The position numbers were made by a program, and so were the translations under genes. DNA of 63,938 nt, the filler included, from Octopus bimaculoides (lineage: Eukaryota), in NCBI RefSeq assembly GCF_001194135.2. It is 7 parts of 7 records of this genome, joined end to end, with 100 filler letters (N's around TTAATTAATTAA, not from the genome) between each part and the next. Parts side by side here need not be neighbours in the genome. Positions count along the whole stretch, not along the records: positions 1 to 29,950 come from NC_068982.1; 6 more parts are not named here. The stretch is one strand, 5' to 3'. Positions 1 through 11,830 of the stretch are shown here, piece by piece (the stretch's first letter is position 1; each line of letters opens with the position of its first letter). The notes under the pieces were generated by a model. That model saw only the letters and a list, made by a program, of their open reading frames with translations. It made no database searches and had not been told where the DNA came from.

Positions 1-21
1 TACTACTACTACTACTACTAC

Positions 22-112
<91 letters not shown>

Positions 113-130
113 AAGAAGAAGAAGAAGAAG
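1..130. repeat. Compound trinucleotide microsatellite (TAC)n-(TAA)n-(GAA)n
   Basis: Read directly from the sequence. Confidence 0.98.
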
Positions 131-137
131 AATTAAA

Positions 138-612
138 GAAGAAAGGCATCATCGAAAATAGAAATGAAAAAATACTATGGGATTTTATGATTCAGTGCAA
201 CCATGAGATAGAGAATAAGAAGCCGGACGTAGTCTTACTTGAGAAAGAAAACAAACTATGCTGGATCATAGATATAGCATGCCCAGCTTACAACAAGGTA
301 TGCGATAAGGAAGAAAGAAAAATTGAGAGATATGACAGGTTAGCTTGGGAAGTTAAGCAGTTGTGGTCGATGAAAATGGTAGCAGTAGTACCAATAATTG
401 TCGGAGTCCTGGGAACAGTGACCAAAAATATCCAGAAATACGTAGAACAAATAAGGGCTACAATAAGGCTGGAGCACTTGCAGAAAACAGCACTGCTTGG
501 AACCGCTCGAATACTCCGGATGGTGCTCGAAAAATAAGAGGAGTTACCTTAGTTCACTGGTAGTGAACAGCTGACAGCGTTAGAAGTTATGCAAAGGCAA
601 TCATAATAATAA
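138..612 (+). mobile_element. 5'-truncated R4/Dong-type non-LTR retrotransposon: RLE endonuclease C-terminus plus 3' UTR
   Basis: Translation GIIEN..KILWDFMIQCNHEIENKKPDVVLLEK..IIDIACP..KEERKIERY..VVPIIVGVLG..LQKTALLGTARILR is a PD-(D/E)xK restriction-like endonuclease. The copy ends in a TAA tail and sits within TAA repeats. Confidence 0.85.
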
Positions 613-647
613 TGATTATTATTATTATAGTTGTTGTTGTTGTTATT

Positions 648-858
648 GTGGCGAGCTGGTATTAACCTCAGCACGCCGGACGAAATGCTTAGCGGTATTA
701 CGTCTGTCTTTATGCTCTGAGTTCAAATTCCGCCGAGGTCGATTTTGCCTTTCATCATTTCGGGATCGATAAATTTAGTACCAGTTGCGCACTGGGGTCA
801 ATGTAATCGACTAGCCTCTCCCCGCAAATTTCGGGCCTTGTGCCTAGACTAGAAAAAT
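648..858 (+). mobile_element. tRNA-derived SINE, family A (octopus-type)
   Basis: Head GCGAGCTGG..AGCACGCCGG, B-box-like GAGTTCAAATTCC, core GTCGATTTTGCCTTTCATC..GATCGATAAA..AGTACCAG. Homologous copies occur elsewhere in the window. Confidence 0.85.
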
Positions 859-861
859 ATA

Positions 862-1590
862 TTATTATTATTATCATAGCTTTTGCACAGATTCTAACGC
901 TGGGGTCGTACGAATTTTTTGCTCTATCAAGTCCATACTTGTGCAAAGTGTCCCATGGACAAGCCTGGCTATATTGCCGTGGCGTCTCTTATATTCTTTC
1001 TGAGCTAGTGGGGCACATTTTGTCCACAGATTCTGCACTTAACACTTTCAGCAGTGTTGTCTATTCAGTATTTTATGTAGTTTGTTCTTAGCGCTTTCTC
1101 TTGGGCAGCACAGGTTAGAGCCTCCATTTTCGGTTTTAAATCACTTTTAATTATCTACAGCCATCTTTTTTCTCTGTCTGCCTTATCTTCAACATACCTA
1201 TGAAATTGACCATGCATTCTTTTCTTTACCCACATATTTTCAGTTTCATTCGTTTTCAATTTCTTGTACAGTACTTTATCTTTGCAGTCTTTAATCCTAC
1301 AGAAGCTGGACCTTCTACTAATAATACTGGTTCTTCGGCATTTTTTACATACCATGCTATGTTATCTGTGTCGCATCCAATAAGTCCTCTTCCCCCTCTT
1401 TTTCTTGGTACATACAGTCTGTCTGTGTAACTTTTTGGGTGGAGTGACCCATATCTAGTTAGCAACTTATTTGTCTTTCTGTTTGGTTCGACTACTGTCC
1501 ATACGATTACCCCTTCTTTCATATCTAAGGAGTGAAAGTGCCCATGTGTTGATAGCTTCGATATTATTCCGTCCTTTTAATTTCGACTTA
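862..1590 (-). pseudogene. R4/Dong-type LINE fragment (RT thumb, CCHC region, internal deletion, 3' tail)
   Basis: Minus-strand peptides AINTWALSLLRY, RKTNKLLTRYGSLHPKSYTDRLYVPRKRGGRGLI, WVKKRMHGQF, KCRICG, EYKRRHGNIARLVH, KYGLDRAKN. These jump to CAGCGTTAGAA..TGCAAA..ATAATAATAAT, the same 3' end as the copy at 575-612. Confidence 0.85.
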
Positions 1591-1636
1591 AGGATCAGTC
1601 TCAGTCACAAAGGCAAAAATCAGTCTGAAAGGCAAA

Positions 1637-1638
<2 letters not shown>

Positions 1639-1690
<52 letters not shown>

Positions 1691-1785
1691 TATTATTATT
1701 ATTATTATTATTGTTGTTGTTATTATTATAATTATTATTATTGCTGTTGTTGTTGTTGTTGCTGTTGTTGTCGTTGCTATTGTTA
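1639..1785. repeat. (TAA)n/(TTA)n/(TTG)n microsatellite
   Basis: Read directly. Confidence 0.97.
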
Positions 1786-1858
1786 TTGAAGTATAAAACT
1801 GCCTATATTTTCATAGCAAATTTTCCGGAAGAAACAAATCGAGAGAACTTCATTTGTA

Positions 1859-2012
<154 letters not shown>

Positions 2013-2019
2013 CTGACAC

Positions 2020-2298
2020 ATAACTGGCTTTACGTCAGATACACCGGTGATAGTTCCAGTTGATCCGGTCAACGGAACAGCCCGCTCGTGAAATTAGCAT
2101 GTACTCTTAACATAGTTTTCAGTGATATTCCACGAGACACAGGATGTGACATGGCTGGCCCTTTGAAATACAGGTACTACTCATTCTTGCCAGCTGAGTG
2201 AACTGGAGCAACGTGAAATAAAGGGTCTTGCTCAAGGACACAACGCGCCGATGGATTTCGTGAGCCGAATACCCTAATCACTAAGCCATGCACCCACC
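2020..2298 (-). mobile_element. tRNA-derived SINE, mosaic (head like the 60880 SINE, tail like the 62862 SINE)
   Basis: Minus strand GTGCATGGCTTAGTGATTAG..TTGAGCAAGACCCTTTATTTCACGTTGCTCCAGTTCACTCAGCTG, followed by TATTTCAAAGGGCCAGCC..CTGTTCCGTTGACCGGATCAACTGGAA. Confidence 0.85.
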
Positions 2299-4489
2299 AC
2301 ATACTCATACGCACATACACATATCTATGCATACACTCATGCACATATATGCATATATATGTGTACATACATACATATATACGTGTACATATATACATTC
2401 ACACACGCGCGCGCGCACATATTTATATTAGGAAGTTAAAATGTCATGCTCGGTCCTAGAGTGACCACTGGTGTCGGACCCATAAAGTGCTTATGAATGT
2501 AGGCGACTCGTCGGGCCCAAATAGCTGAAGCGCATAACCTCTCTACAAATGGAGGTAGAAATACGTAATGCTCAGTTGGTTTTGTAACTAAAAAATAATT
2601 GTTCGTGCTGCGGGCAGGGCAGAGTTATCTCCCTTACATCTGCTCTGGCCGTGGTGGTATTGGAAGTTGCTGTGGCGGGACAATTTCACAGATGGGGAAT
2701 TCCAAGCCTAAAGTAAGAAACGCTTTTGATGAGATCAGTGCGCCTCTACTTAATCGCGAAAACTACTGTCTGTTGGATACTATGGAGTTATATGATCTCG
2801 GCTATCCAGATCATACTTCAGAAGTGGAATTCTCCATTCGTTGAATATCTCCGCCGCAGCACCTTCGAATACCAACATGGCCGGATCTAGCTTCCTGAGA
2901 AGTCAATACCTAGCAACGTCACAGTAAGACGAATACCTTTGACTACTACGAGACTGGGCATCCAAGTGCATTGCTGGTACATTTCAGTCATTTCAGTCTG
3001 CCTTACCCTTAATCCAAGACGTCAGGTGTCACAGAAAAAGTCTGGTCATTCAGTGCCCAGGGTATGTCAGGTCATGAACTTTTTGGACTAATAAACAGAC
3101 AGGTAATCTGACACTACTACGGTTGGTGTGTTATGCATCTCTGTGACAATGAAATACCGCGATTCTCATGGTTTCCTCAGGCGTGAAGGCATATATTCCA
3201 CATATTGCTTACGCGGCGGTCTTTCTCTCTCGTCTTAGTTATTTTCAAAATTGAAGTACCAACAAGTTGTGTGTGTGTGTATGAGTGTCTGTAATTGCGC
3301 GCGCGTGCGCACTCACTCTCTCACAAAGATATATATAAGTGTTAGTGTATATGTTGATGTATTTAATGAACCAGATATCAATTTGCATATGTTAGTTTAA
3401 AGAGATCCTTATCCAAATCGCTATCATCACAACCACTGTCACCACCATCTTCATCATAATCAGCATTAATTATAAAAGACAGTAAAATTATACAGAGGTC
3501 GTTCAGTAAATAGATTAAAATCGCACTAGCAATTAGAGATGAAAGCTGAGCTCACTGAATCCTTGATTAAAAGGTCGACAGTTCGTATCAAGTATAAAAA
3601 CCCTTAAATCTCGATTAGTTGACTTAGTTATTGAAAGGCATCGTAGGTGAGTTATACAATTGTATCTTAATCGTATTATGATTGTATTTCCGTTTCTAAA
3701 TTGCGCTTCTAACATGGGAATAATTCGAAATGAATTTGATTCATTCCGAAATGTGAAAAGTAAAGTCGAACTGCGAGAGGTTTAAATCCTACTTCGCTGA
3801 ATTTATCTTACATTTTAAGTATAGTTATTTATATATATTGAATAGCATCACTGTCTTGTCAGTATGTGTCTGTAGGGTGTTCATATAACTCAACCGTCAA
3901 ATCAACATTATCCTTTTGTGCAGCGATATTTAAAGCTTGCCTGACGGATTAAATTCATGATATAAGAGGTAGAATTTTAACTTTTGTAAACGGGATAAAA
4001 TCTTGACATTTATTTAGAAGATGTTAAGTTTACAGACATGTAAGGATGTTAGTTTATAGGCTTTTATAATTGACGTTTATAATATAAAAGAAAGATTAAA
4101 TCTAAAAGTAATTTGAAAACTGTAAATCTTCCCATTAAATGATCGCACATCCGTTTGGAAGATATTTTGCAATATTCGACCGGACGTTTTTCCTCGGTGC
4201 CTTAATATGTTTATATTAGCAAATCTCTCTGGAAATTACGATAATACATATAAACTCTTCACCTTTCCACTAATGCTTGGTATTTATTTTCACATACCAA
4301 CTACATTGTCTCTGTTTTTTTCTACAGAAAGCATAACCTTTTAAATATGTACATAATAATTTGTCAATTAGTTTCTCACATTTGATGCACACTAAAACAA
4401 ACAAAAACGCGTGCGAATGAACAGACACTAGGAAGTTGTCTGAAATATTAAATGGTAATATGTGTGTATGTGTTTGGATATGGGTTTTT

Positions 4490-4546
<57 letters not shown>

Positions 4547-5971
4547 TGTGTGCGCGTGCGTATTTATATATATATATCCATATATGTATACGTATATATA
4601 TACATACACACACGTACCTATATATAAAGCGATACATGGGTTCCTGGGTCTTATATGTAGTAGTCACATAGTTTACAGCTACCTTTGAACTATATCTCTC
4701 ACGCGTAACTATTAACTGCCTGTATCTAGAACAAAAGGCATATTATAGAGAGTAATGAGATTACGTATGACTCCATAATCAATGATTCAATGTTATTTTT
4801 TTTCCCTATCCAAACCTAACTATTGAGTAACATCCACTTTCACAAGCGATAAAAGCAGTCTCAGAACTGCAAAAATGTTTTTACAGACTGAGGCAAGTCT
4901 AAGTTTGGTGAGATTACTCCGGTTTACGTTCAGCATAGAACATTTGTATGTCGCTGTTTGGAAAAAGAAAATGTTAGTGTGGAAATCCCAGAATTTTATA
5001 GTTAAATAGGAAAACAACTAGCTAAACTGTTTGCTACGCTGTCTAATAAGGGATTGGCAGTGAGGAAAACATAATGAGGAGAGATATGTTATAAATTAAT
5101 TCGAATGAGTACACGATATGACAAAGTGTGGAGACCGGACAACTGAGACAATGATTGTTGTTAATTATTTGGTAATCTGAAGACACAGTGATTGTTGTTA
5201 ATTATCTACTAATCTCTAGAATTACCTCCCTTTTGGAGGTGACTTACAATGATTGCATACTCAACCATACTGATTTACATATGCGAGTAGTAATCTAATG
5301 TAAGTTTTACTTGAAGATTCACGCTGTCTGGAGATAAGAGTAACAAGAGGACTTGTGTGCGATTGTTTCTTGACTAGGCATGTGGAGTTTTGTTTTTGGA
5401 AGTAGCCCATACTGGAATGTGGATCTTCTTAGGTATGTAGCGTATGTATTGTAACAAAAGATTTGTGAACGTTGTGTAAGCATTACTGCAAAAGGGTGCA
5501 AATTTGCATCTTGTAGAAAACCAACAATTCTTCAATGACGAAGTAGTGTTCTTCATATTCCAGAAATAACGATATATTTGGGAGAAAAAGCCTCGCACTC
5601 TTATAGATCTAGTATTATTATGAGAGTTTCTCAGAGGATGCTCTCCAGCATCAATAAAATATGTGATGGTTGTTTTTGTAGCAGTTGCTGTTGAAGCTGA
5701 ATTTAACCTTGCTTAAATAAAACTTCCATTAAACATTCAGTTTTTTTTTCCTGACATAAACATTCAGTTTTTTTCATGACATCTAGAAATATTTTATTTC
5801 ATATCCCTTATTTTGTTTAGCGTACCAGAGCTTGATTTGATGGATATGTGACTAATGAATGTACCACATGGATTGATCACATTGTGGGTCCTTGCTGACT
5901 GGTAATATGAAGATCTTAGAAACATATAATTCATATTTATCTGGCAGCAAATTAGAAAATAAATGTTAAAA

Positions 5972-7199
5972 TATGAGGTTAAGTCAAAAATTATCCGCAC
6001 TTTCACCAAAATTGCTTTGAGCGGTGATAAAACGTGTTACTCTTGTGGTTATGCAACAGAGGTTTGACCTTGATTGCTCAAGTTTTCTTTCTTGTGCTGC
6101 AGAGTAAATATGCCTACTCCGCTGCCAATATACATCAAGAAAGAACAGAGATTATGATCCGATTTCTATGGTTTGAAGATGTATCCAGGACTGAAATTCA
6201 TCGCAGGCTTCCAGTACAATATGGGTGTAGCACTCTAAAACGTAGAAGTGTGTATGGGTGGATCGCGAAATTTTAAAATGGCCGGGAAAGCGTGAAGTAC
6301 AAAGAGGGAACAGGATGTCCCTCCTTCTTTACCACTGGCATGAATATTCAACGAGCTCGAGAAGTTGTTCTGACGAACTGATGAGTGACCATCGACGAGG
6401 TGGCATGTTTTCTACAAATTAGTCATAGTTCTGCATATGGAATTATCCACTTTAAGCTTCACATCTGTAAAGTCTGTGCGCGATAAGTGCCAAGAGACCT
6501 TACCCAAGTGCATTAGCGCAATCATGTGGAGATCTGTTAATGCTTACACGACCGCTACAACAATGAAGGCGAAGCATTTTTGGAGAATATTAGTCACGGC
6601 AGACGAGGGTCGGATTTTTAATTTTAATAAGGAACCAAAAGCAGAGGAAACACACGGAATCACCAGCGAGAAAGAAATTCAAGACTCAACCTTCTACATA
6701 AAAAGTGATGCTAACGATAACATTACCTGGAAAAGGGGTCTACAGTCATCAGTGTTGGCTACAATGAAATGCTGTCCAAGAAACTGAAACCAGCAATTCT
6801 TACCAGACGCCGAGGTCTATTGTCAAAACAAATGTTATTGTGGCACGACTATGTACGCCCATATATGGCCGCTCACACCGCTGAAATTATTAAAAAATTT
6901 GGATCTCGAGTTGCTGGAACACCCTGCACAGAGTCCAGATCACGTCCCTTTAGACCGCTCAGACAACCTTTACAAGATCGTCGATTTACTACCAACGAAG
7001 AAGCGTAGGGAGCAGTCCATAAATAGCTGCGTGAGCAGCCGAAAATATGTTTCTCCAATGGAATAAGCAAGGTTTTTGACCGCTGGAGGAAGTTCATCGA
7101 AAATCAAGATGGCTATGTCGAAAGATCATGTACGTGTTCATCCCCTGCACTTGTTAATTACAGAAACAGATCGCGTATAACTTTTGATTTACCCTAGTA
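5972..7199 (+). mobile_element. Full-length but decayed mariner (Tc1/mariner) DNA transposon
   Basis: Imperfect TIRs TA-TGAGGTTAAGTCAAAAATTATCCGC (5972-6000) and GCGTATAACTTTTGATTTACCCTAG-TA (7173-7199). Peptides IRFLWFEDV..EIHRRL..YG, ILVTADEG, LLWHDYVRPY, LEHPAQSPDHVP, QDGYVE, broken by stops and frameshifts. Confidence 0.9.
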
Positions 7200-7796
7200 G
7201 ATGAGAAAAATCAGCTGTATTGCTTCTGTGCATTTTGTTAGTTGCATGTTTTCTCAGATGTTATAACCAAAGTTATAACCAGCACTGTTTGAGATCAGAC
7301 TGATCTGCTCCAAACATATGCCTGGAAACAATTTATTTACAATTTGTTCATGAATAGGAACAAAACATAAACAAAGAACTGAACCATATTTATAATCATG
7401 TAACAACGTGAATACATTTTTACAGGATTATTTTTATGGTTTAATTCTTTGTCAAGAGTTGAAATTATATTCCCTCTATATTTTAGGTAGTATGCACTTT
7501 AGATATGATACAAATATATAAAGAGATATCTATTTATACCTTATAAATATCTCTTAACAATGTTAAATTAGCACTACGATGCTCTTTGCATTTCGATGTC
7601 ATGTTTGGTACCACATGGAATTAGTTTTGGCTGCTAATCAGCAACTGTATTGCACAAGCATTTGGAGTTGAAGTCTAGATTATAATTTAGGCGTAAGTAT
7701 ACGATGAGAATCAACTGGGATTTCCTAAATTGGTGAGATATATCTAATACAAATTTGATAGAAATTATTGCATTACAGAATGTAATTATATATAAT

Positions 7797-7798
7797 GA

Positions 7799-7829
<31 letters not shown>

Positions 7830-7890
7830 ATATCTGTCTGTCTGTCTGTATGTCTGTCTGTCTGTATGTTTTATTTATTTATTTATTTAT
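7797..7890. repeat. (TGTC)n/(TTTA)n microsatellite
   Basis: Read directly. Confidence 0.9.
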
Positions 7891-7964
7891 GTGTTTCAGC
7901 CAAGTGGCTGCGGTCATGCTGGTGCACCACCGTGTATGTATATATGTATGTATGTATGTGGCTC

Positions 7965-9392
7965 TCATAAGTGCTACTGGTTACATGTAATCCAGTACAA
8001 CCTGTTGCATGGTCGGGTTGCCGGTGGCTAAACTGGCACCCCCACCAGGCTACCCTGGTGAGGAGGGTTGCTAGAAACCCAGCAAGATTAAAAACAAGAC
8101 CATTGAAAGCTCGGATGGACCTAGTGCAGGCTCAACGGCTATCTAGCAATAACACGGGTACGCAGAAATTCCGGGGTGGCGTCCGGCGTGCTGAAAGACC
8201 ACTGGGAGTGAGGCACCCCTCAGCTTTTGTTGAAGCATGTCTCTAGGAGACAGTCACTCTGATATAAAACTAAATATGCAGGGAATGGCATTGGACATTT
8301 TGGGGATCTTTGGTTTGTGCTGGAGATCACGGCGCTCCCACATCTCTGAGCCTGCGACTTATATTGGCACCAGACGTCTTGCTCCGGCTTGTCTCTGGAT
8401 AATGTCAATAAAGTGGAGAGGGTCCATGATGTGTTGTGCAAGCCTCATTGGACCTAAAACTCAGCACAGGTATTGCCAACCTCTGCTCGATATGTGCGTT
8501 TTTTTCCCTAAATATATTTATCTTATTTTTAGTATATATTCATCTTATTTTTCGTATATATTTTCTTCATTTTTAGTATATATTTTATTTATTTATTTAT
8601 TTATTTTTTATTCGGAAGTCCTGCGGCGATGGGAAGGTGGTGAAGGAGGCACACCTGCCGGTTGGAAGCATTTAGTCAGCGACCTGCACGTAGGCGGCCC
8701 ATGCTTGATATAAAGTCGTCTCCTTGTCGCCCAAGACAGCGGTAGGATTCGGTTGCTGCATGGGTGTCTGAGAAGCTCCATTTGGAGAGTACACTGCTCA
8801 TCCAGAGACCGGGGAGGTTCTAGAAAAGGTGAACCAAAAATTGCCTGTCTTTCCATATCTGGTCAGTTTAGCACGGCTGACGGATGGCCAGCCTGCGCTC
8901 GAAAAACAAAGAGTCTTTTATTTATATAAACTGGACGGAACTTAAACATTTCATGTTGGAATGTTCGCATTCTGTTGGACAACAAGACTGATTGTAGGCC
9001 TGAAAGACGTACTGCGCTTGTTGCTCGTGAGCTGAACCGTTATAAAATTGATACAGCTGCACTCTCAGAGACTCGTATAGAAGGTGATGGTCAGCTTGAG
9101 GAAGTAGGATGTGGATACACCTTTTTTTGGAAAGGAAGGCAGAAGAAGGAGCGCAGAGAGGCTGGTGCTGGTTTTGCAGTCCGATCTGATATCCTTAAGA
9201 AGTTGGAAGAGCTCCCTGTTCCTATAAATGAACGTATAATGACGCTACGGTTGCACTTGAAAGGTAAGCGGTTTGCTACTCTAATAAGTGTCTATGCACC
9301 TACTTTGACTTGCTGTGATGAAGAAAAAACAATCTTTTATACCCAGCTGAGAGCCATACTTAGAAAAATCCCCAATTCTGATAAAATCATTC
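7965..9392 (+). mobile_element. 5' portion of an RTE-clade LINE: 5' leader plus APE endonuclease (8927-9392), 3'-truncated
   Basis: KTGRNLNISCWNVRILLD..PERRTALVARELNRYKIDTAALSETR..GYTFFWKG..GAGFAV..INERIMTLRL..LISVYAPT is a typical RTE/BovB-like APE. Assignment of 7965-8926 as its leader is inference from position and GC content. Confidence 0.85.
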
Positions 9393-11529
9393 TAGATAAC
9401 AAAGAATTAATGTTTTGTTAGATGAAACAAATCGAACCTAAATTTCTCCTTTTTACAAACATCATACAGATCTTGAAGGCTCTTGATTGCCCGTTCTGCA
9501 CTCTGATTTGTTCTGGAAAAAGTTTTTATAGAATTCAATGCTTTTTTTATGAACTCGCAGGTTACCACATAATTTCTGATAATCACGTGCATTGAAGATT
9601 TGGTGAGTAAACCAAAAATCTGTCCAGCTGTAAGAGATGAATCGACAAATATTGAGAAGCAAAACTCTTTTCTCTGGTTGAAGAATAAATGCGAAAAGAG
9701 CTAGTATTGCTCGAGAATTCCATCTTGCATTACTTAAGATGGGTATTTCTTGAAACTTTACAATAGGAAATTTTCCGGTTTCTTCAAAGAAATGAAAAAC
9801 TCTGGTCAAATGAAATATAGATTTCACGTCATCTCGCCATCCTGCTGATTAAGTAGTCTTTTCTTCATCAATGTTGAAATTAGGCTGGAATTTCTCGTAA
9901 TTACTTAGGAGCACTGGGATGAATGTATATTCAATATTGGGAGATGACTTTTTTCTCCAAGTTCGTTATCCATTACAACACGAAGGACTCTATCAAGGAC
10001 ATGATAGTGACAACCAATAAATTGCGGTTCTTTCAAACCCTTTTGAGTCAACAGTCTTTGCAACTGAATGACAATGCCATTTTTTCCTAGTGCTCACGCT
10101 CGTAAAAGTTACAATCATCATTACACAGTTCCATGAATTGTATCAATCTAAAACAGCTGTTATTCCTTTCACAACAGTATCGGCTATTCCGTTTGGTAAT
10201 TAGAGTGCTTCTAACTTAACTTCTCTCTGTTCATTCTTTAAAACTAGCACGTGGTATTCTTGATCATCAATACGTTTACCATCAAAATGCAATGACCAAT
10301 TTTATAAATGTAGTGTTTTCTTCATTTTCTTTCTTTTTCTTTTTAGTTTAACAGCTTCTTTGATAGTCCATCTGCAAATACCAGATTGCGAAGGAGTCTC
10401 AACATTGATTCCATCTTGAGGTAATCGTCGACAAACTCTTGCTGCTTTTGGGGTTGATAGCTTGAAAAATATTATTAACTTGTTTGCTGTTCCAGTTATG
10501 CTATACTTCCTCCTTGTTTGTGTGGATACTTCATCTGATTTTTCGGACTCTTGATGTTCACTTTCAGTCTCTGCTTCAGACGTTGACGCTGACACTGGAG
10601 TTGTTCTGGTTGAAGTTGGCACTAAGGAATTTTTTCTTCTTTTAGATGGATGGATAGTTTTGGAACTGGCTGCCTTTCCAGATTCATACCCAACCTGTCC
10701 CTTGCTTTCAGTTTGAAGATAATATAACCTTCTATCTTCACCGCACAGCCATTCACCGTTTTCCTTTATGATGTCAAAAATTCCCTTCAATGAATCGTAT
10801 TTTCCTCGTTTTACACATCTATCGTAGGTATTCGGCACTTTTGCTTGTACACTTTGAATTGATAAATATGAAATTTAATTTCTTTTGCCATAAAAGAGTT
10901 ACTTCTTTCGAAATTTCTTTTGTTCTTTCTTTCCTTCTTTTGATGGTACCTCCAAGGAACAGGTAACGACCGACAATTTAAAGTTCCATTGGTATCCTGA
11001 AGTTGTTTTCCAAAGAATGCTCTTCTAGAAGATCAGGTCTCCTTTTCCTATGCGAGTCTTGACATAGCACGAGATACTTCATCCAAGCACTTCTCTTATG
11101 AGATATTATTTTGAATACTCTAGTTGGTTAAGCCTATTATTCTGAAAAGTAGTTAATATAGTCAGAGGTTTTAGCGTCACAGAAATAACAAGGAAAAGAA
11201 GAGGATATTTCCTAAAGTAGCACATAAGTAGTGGCAAATTAAAAAACTTTATAACTCCTTAAACTTGAAAGTTGAAATTTGAGATATACTGTTTCTGCAT
11301 TGCACTAAGTCAGCTCACCAAGTTTGGTAAAAACTTGAGTAGGCATTATGAACCCCACTAGAATTTTGCATGATTTGGGTTAAAAGTGGTGTTAGATTTT
11401 TTCAGTTGGAGGTGACTTTTTAAAAAAAACTTAAAAGAAATGTTATTTTACCTACTTATATGAAATTGTTCATGGAATTTTGATACAACAAATTGTTTAC
11501 TTCCAAAAAATCAAAAAGTAATAACCCTA
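9393..11529 (-). mobile_element. Decayed hAT-superfamily (hATm-like) transposon, one terminus present
   Basis: Minus-strand peptides EISKEVTLLWQKKLNF, NTYDRCVKRGKY, HFDGKRIDDQEY, KNGIVIQLQRLL..PQFIGCHYHVLDRVLR, LSNARWNSRAILAL, RTNQSAERAIK. Terminus reads TAGGGTTATT at 11529. Confidence 0.75.
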
Positions 11530-11532
11530 ATA

Positions 11533-11580
<48 letters not shown>

Positions 11581-11581
11581 C

Positions 11582-11617
<36 letters not shown>

Positions 11618-11621
11618 GTGG

Positions 11622-11654
<33 letters not shown>

Positions 11655-11830
11655 GGAGGGAGAGAGAGACATGTATGTATATATGTATGTATGTAGGTAT
11701 GTGATTGCCTATGTGTGAGCGTGTGCAAGTGGATACTTCATATACATTTATATCTATGTAAAGCTAAGAGCTTTCCTATTCTGTTAAGTTATATATATAT
11801 TGATATATATATATATATGACATTGACTCT
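11530..11830. repeat. (TA)n/(GA)n/(TGTA)n microsatellites
   Basis: Read directly. Confidence 0.95.

Noticed and set aside
4887-4907. 21-nt micro-exon candidate (ttttacag..|gtgaga), and similar ones at 15727-15792, 32259-32291 and 55028-55045
   Set aside because: Splice-like signals only; no recognisable peptide or support.
5146-5215. Imperfect direct repeat of about 35 bp (ACA.TGATTGTTGTTAATTAT)
   Set aside because: Two copies only; an ordinary slippage duplication.
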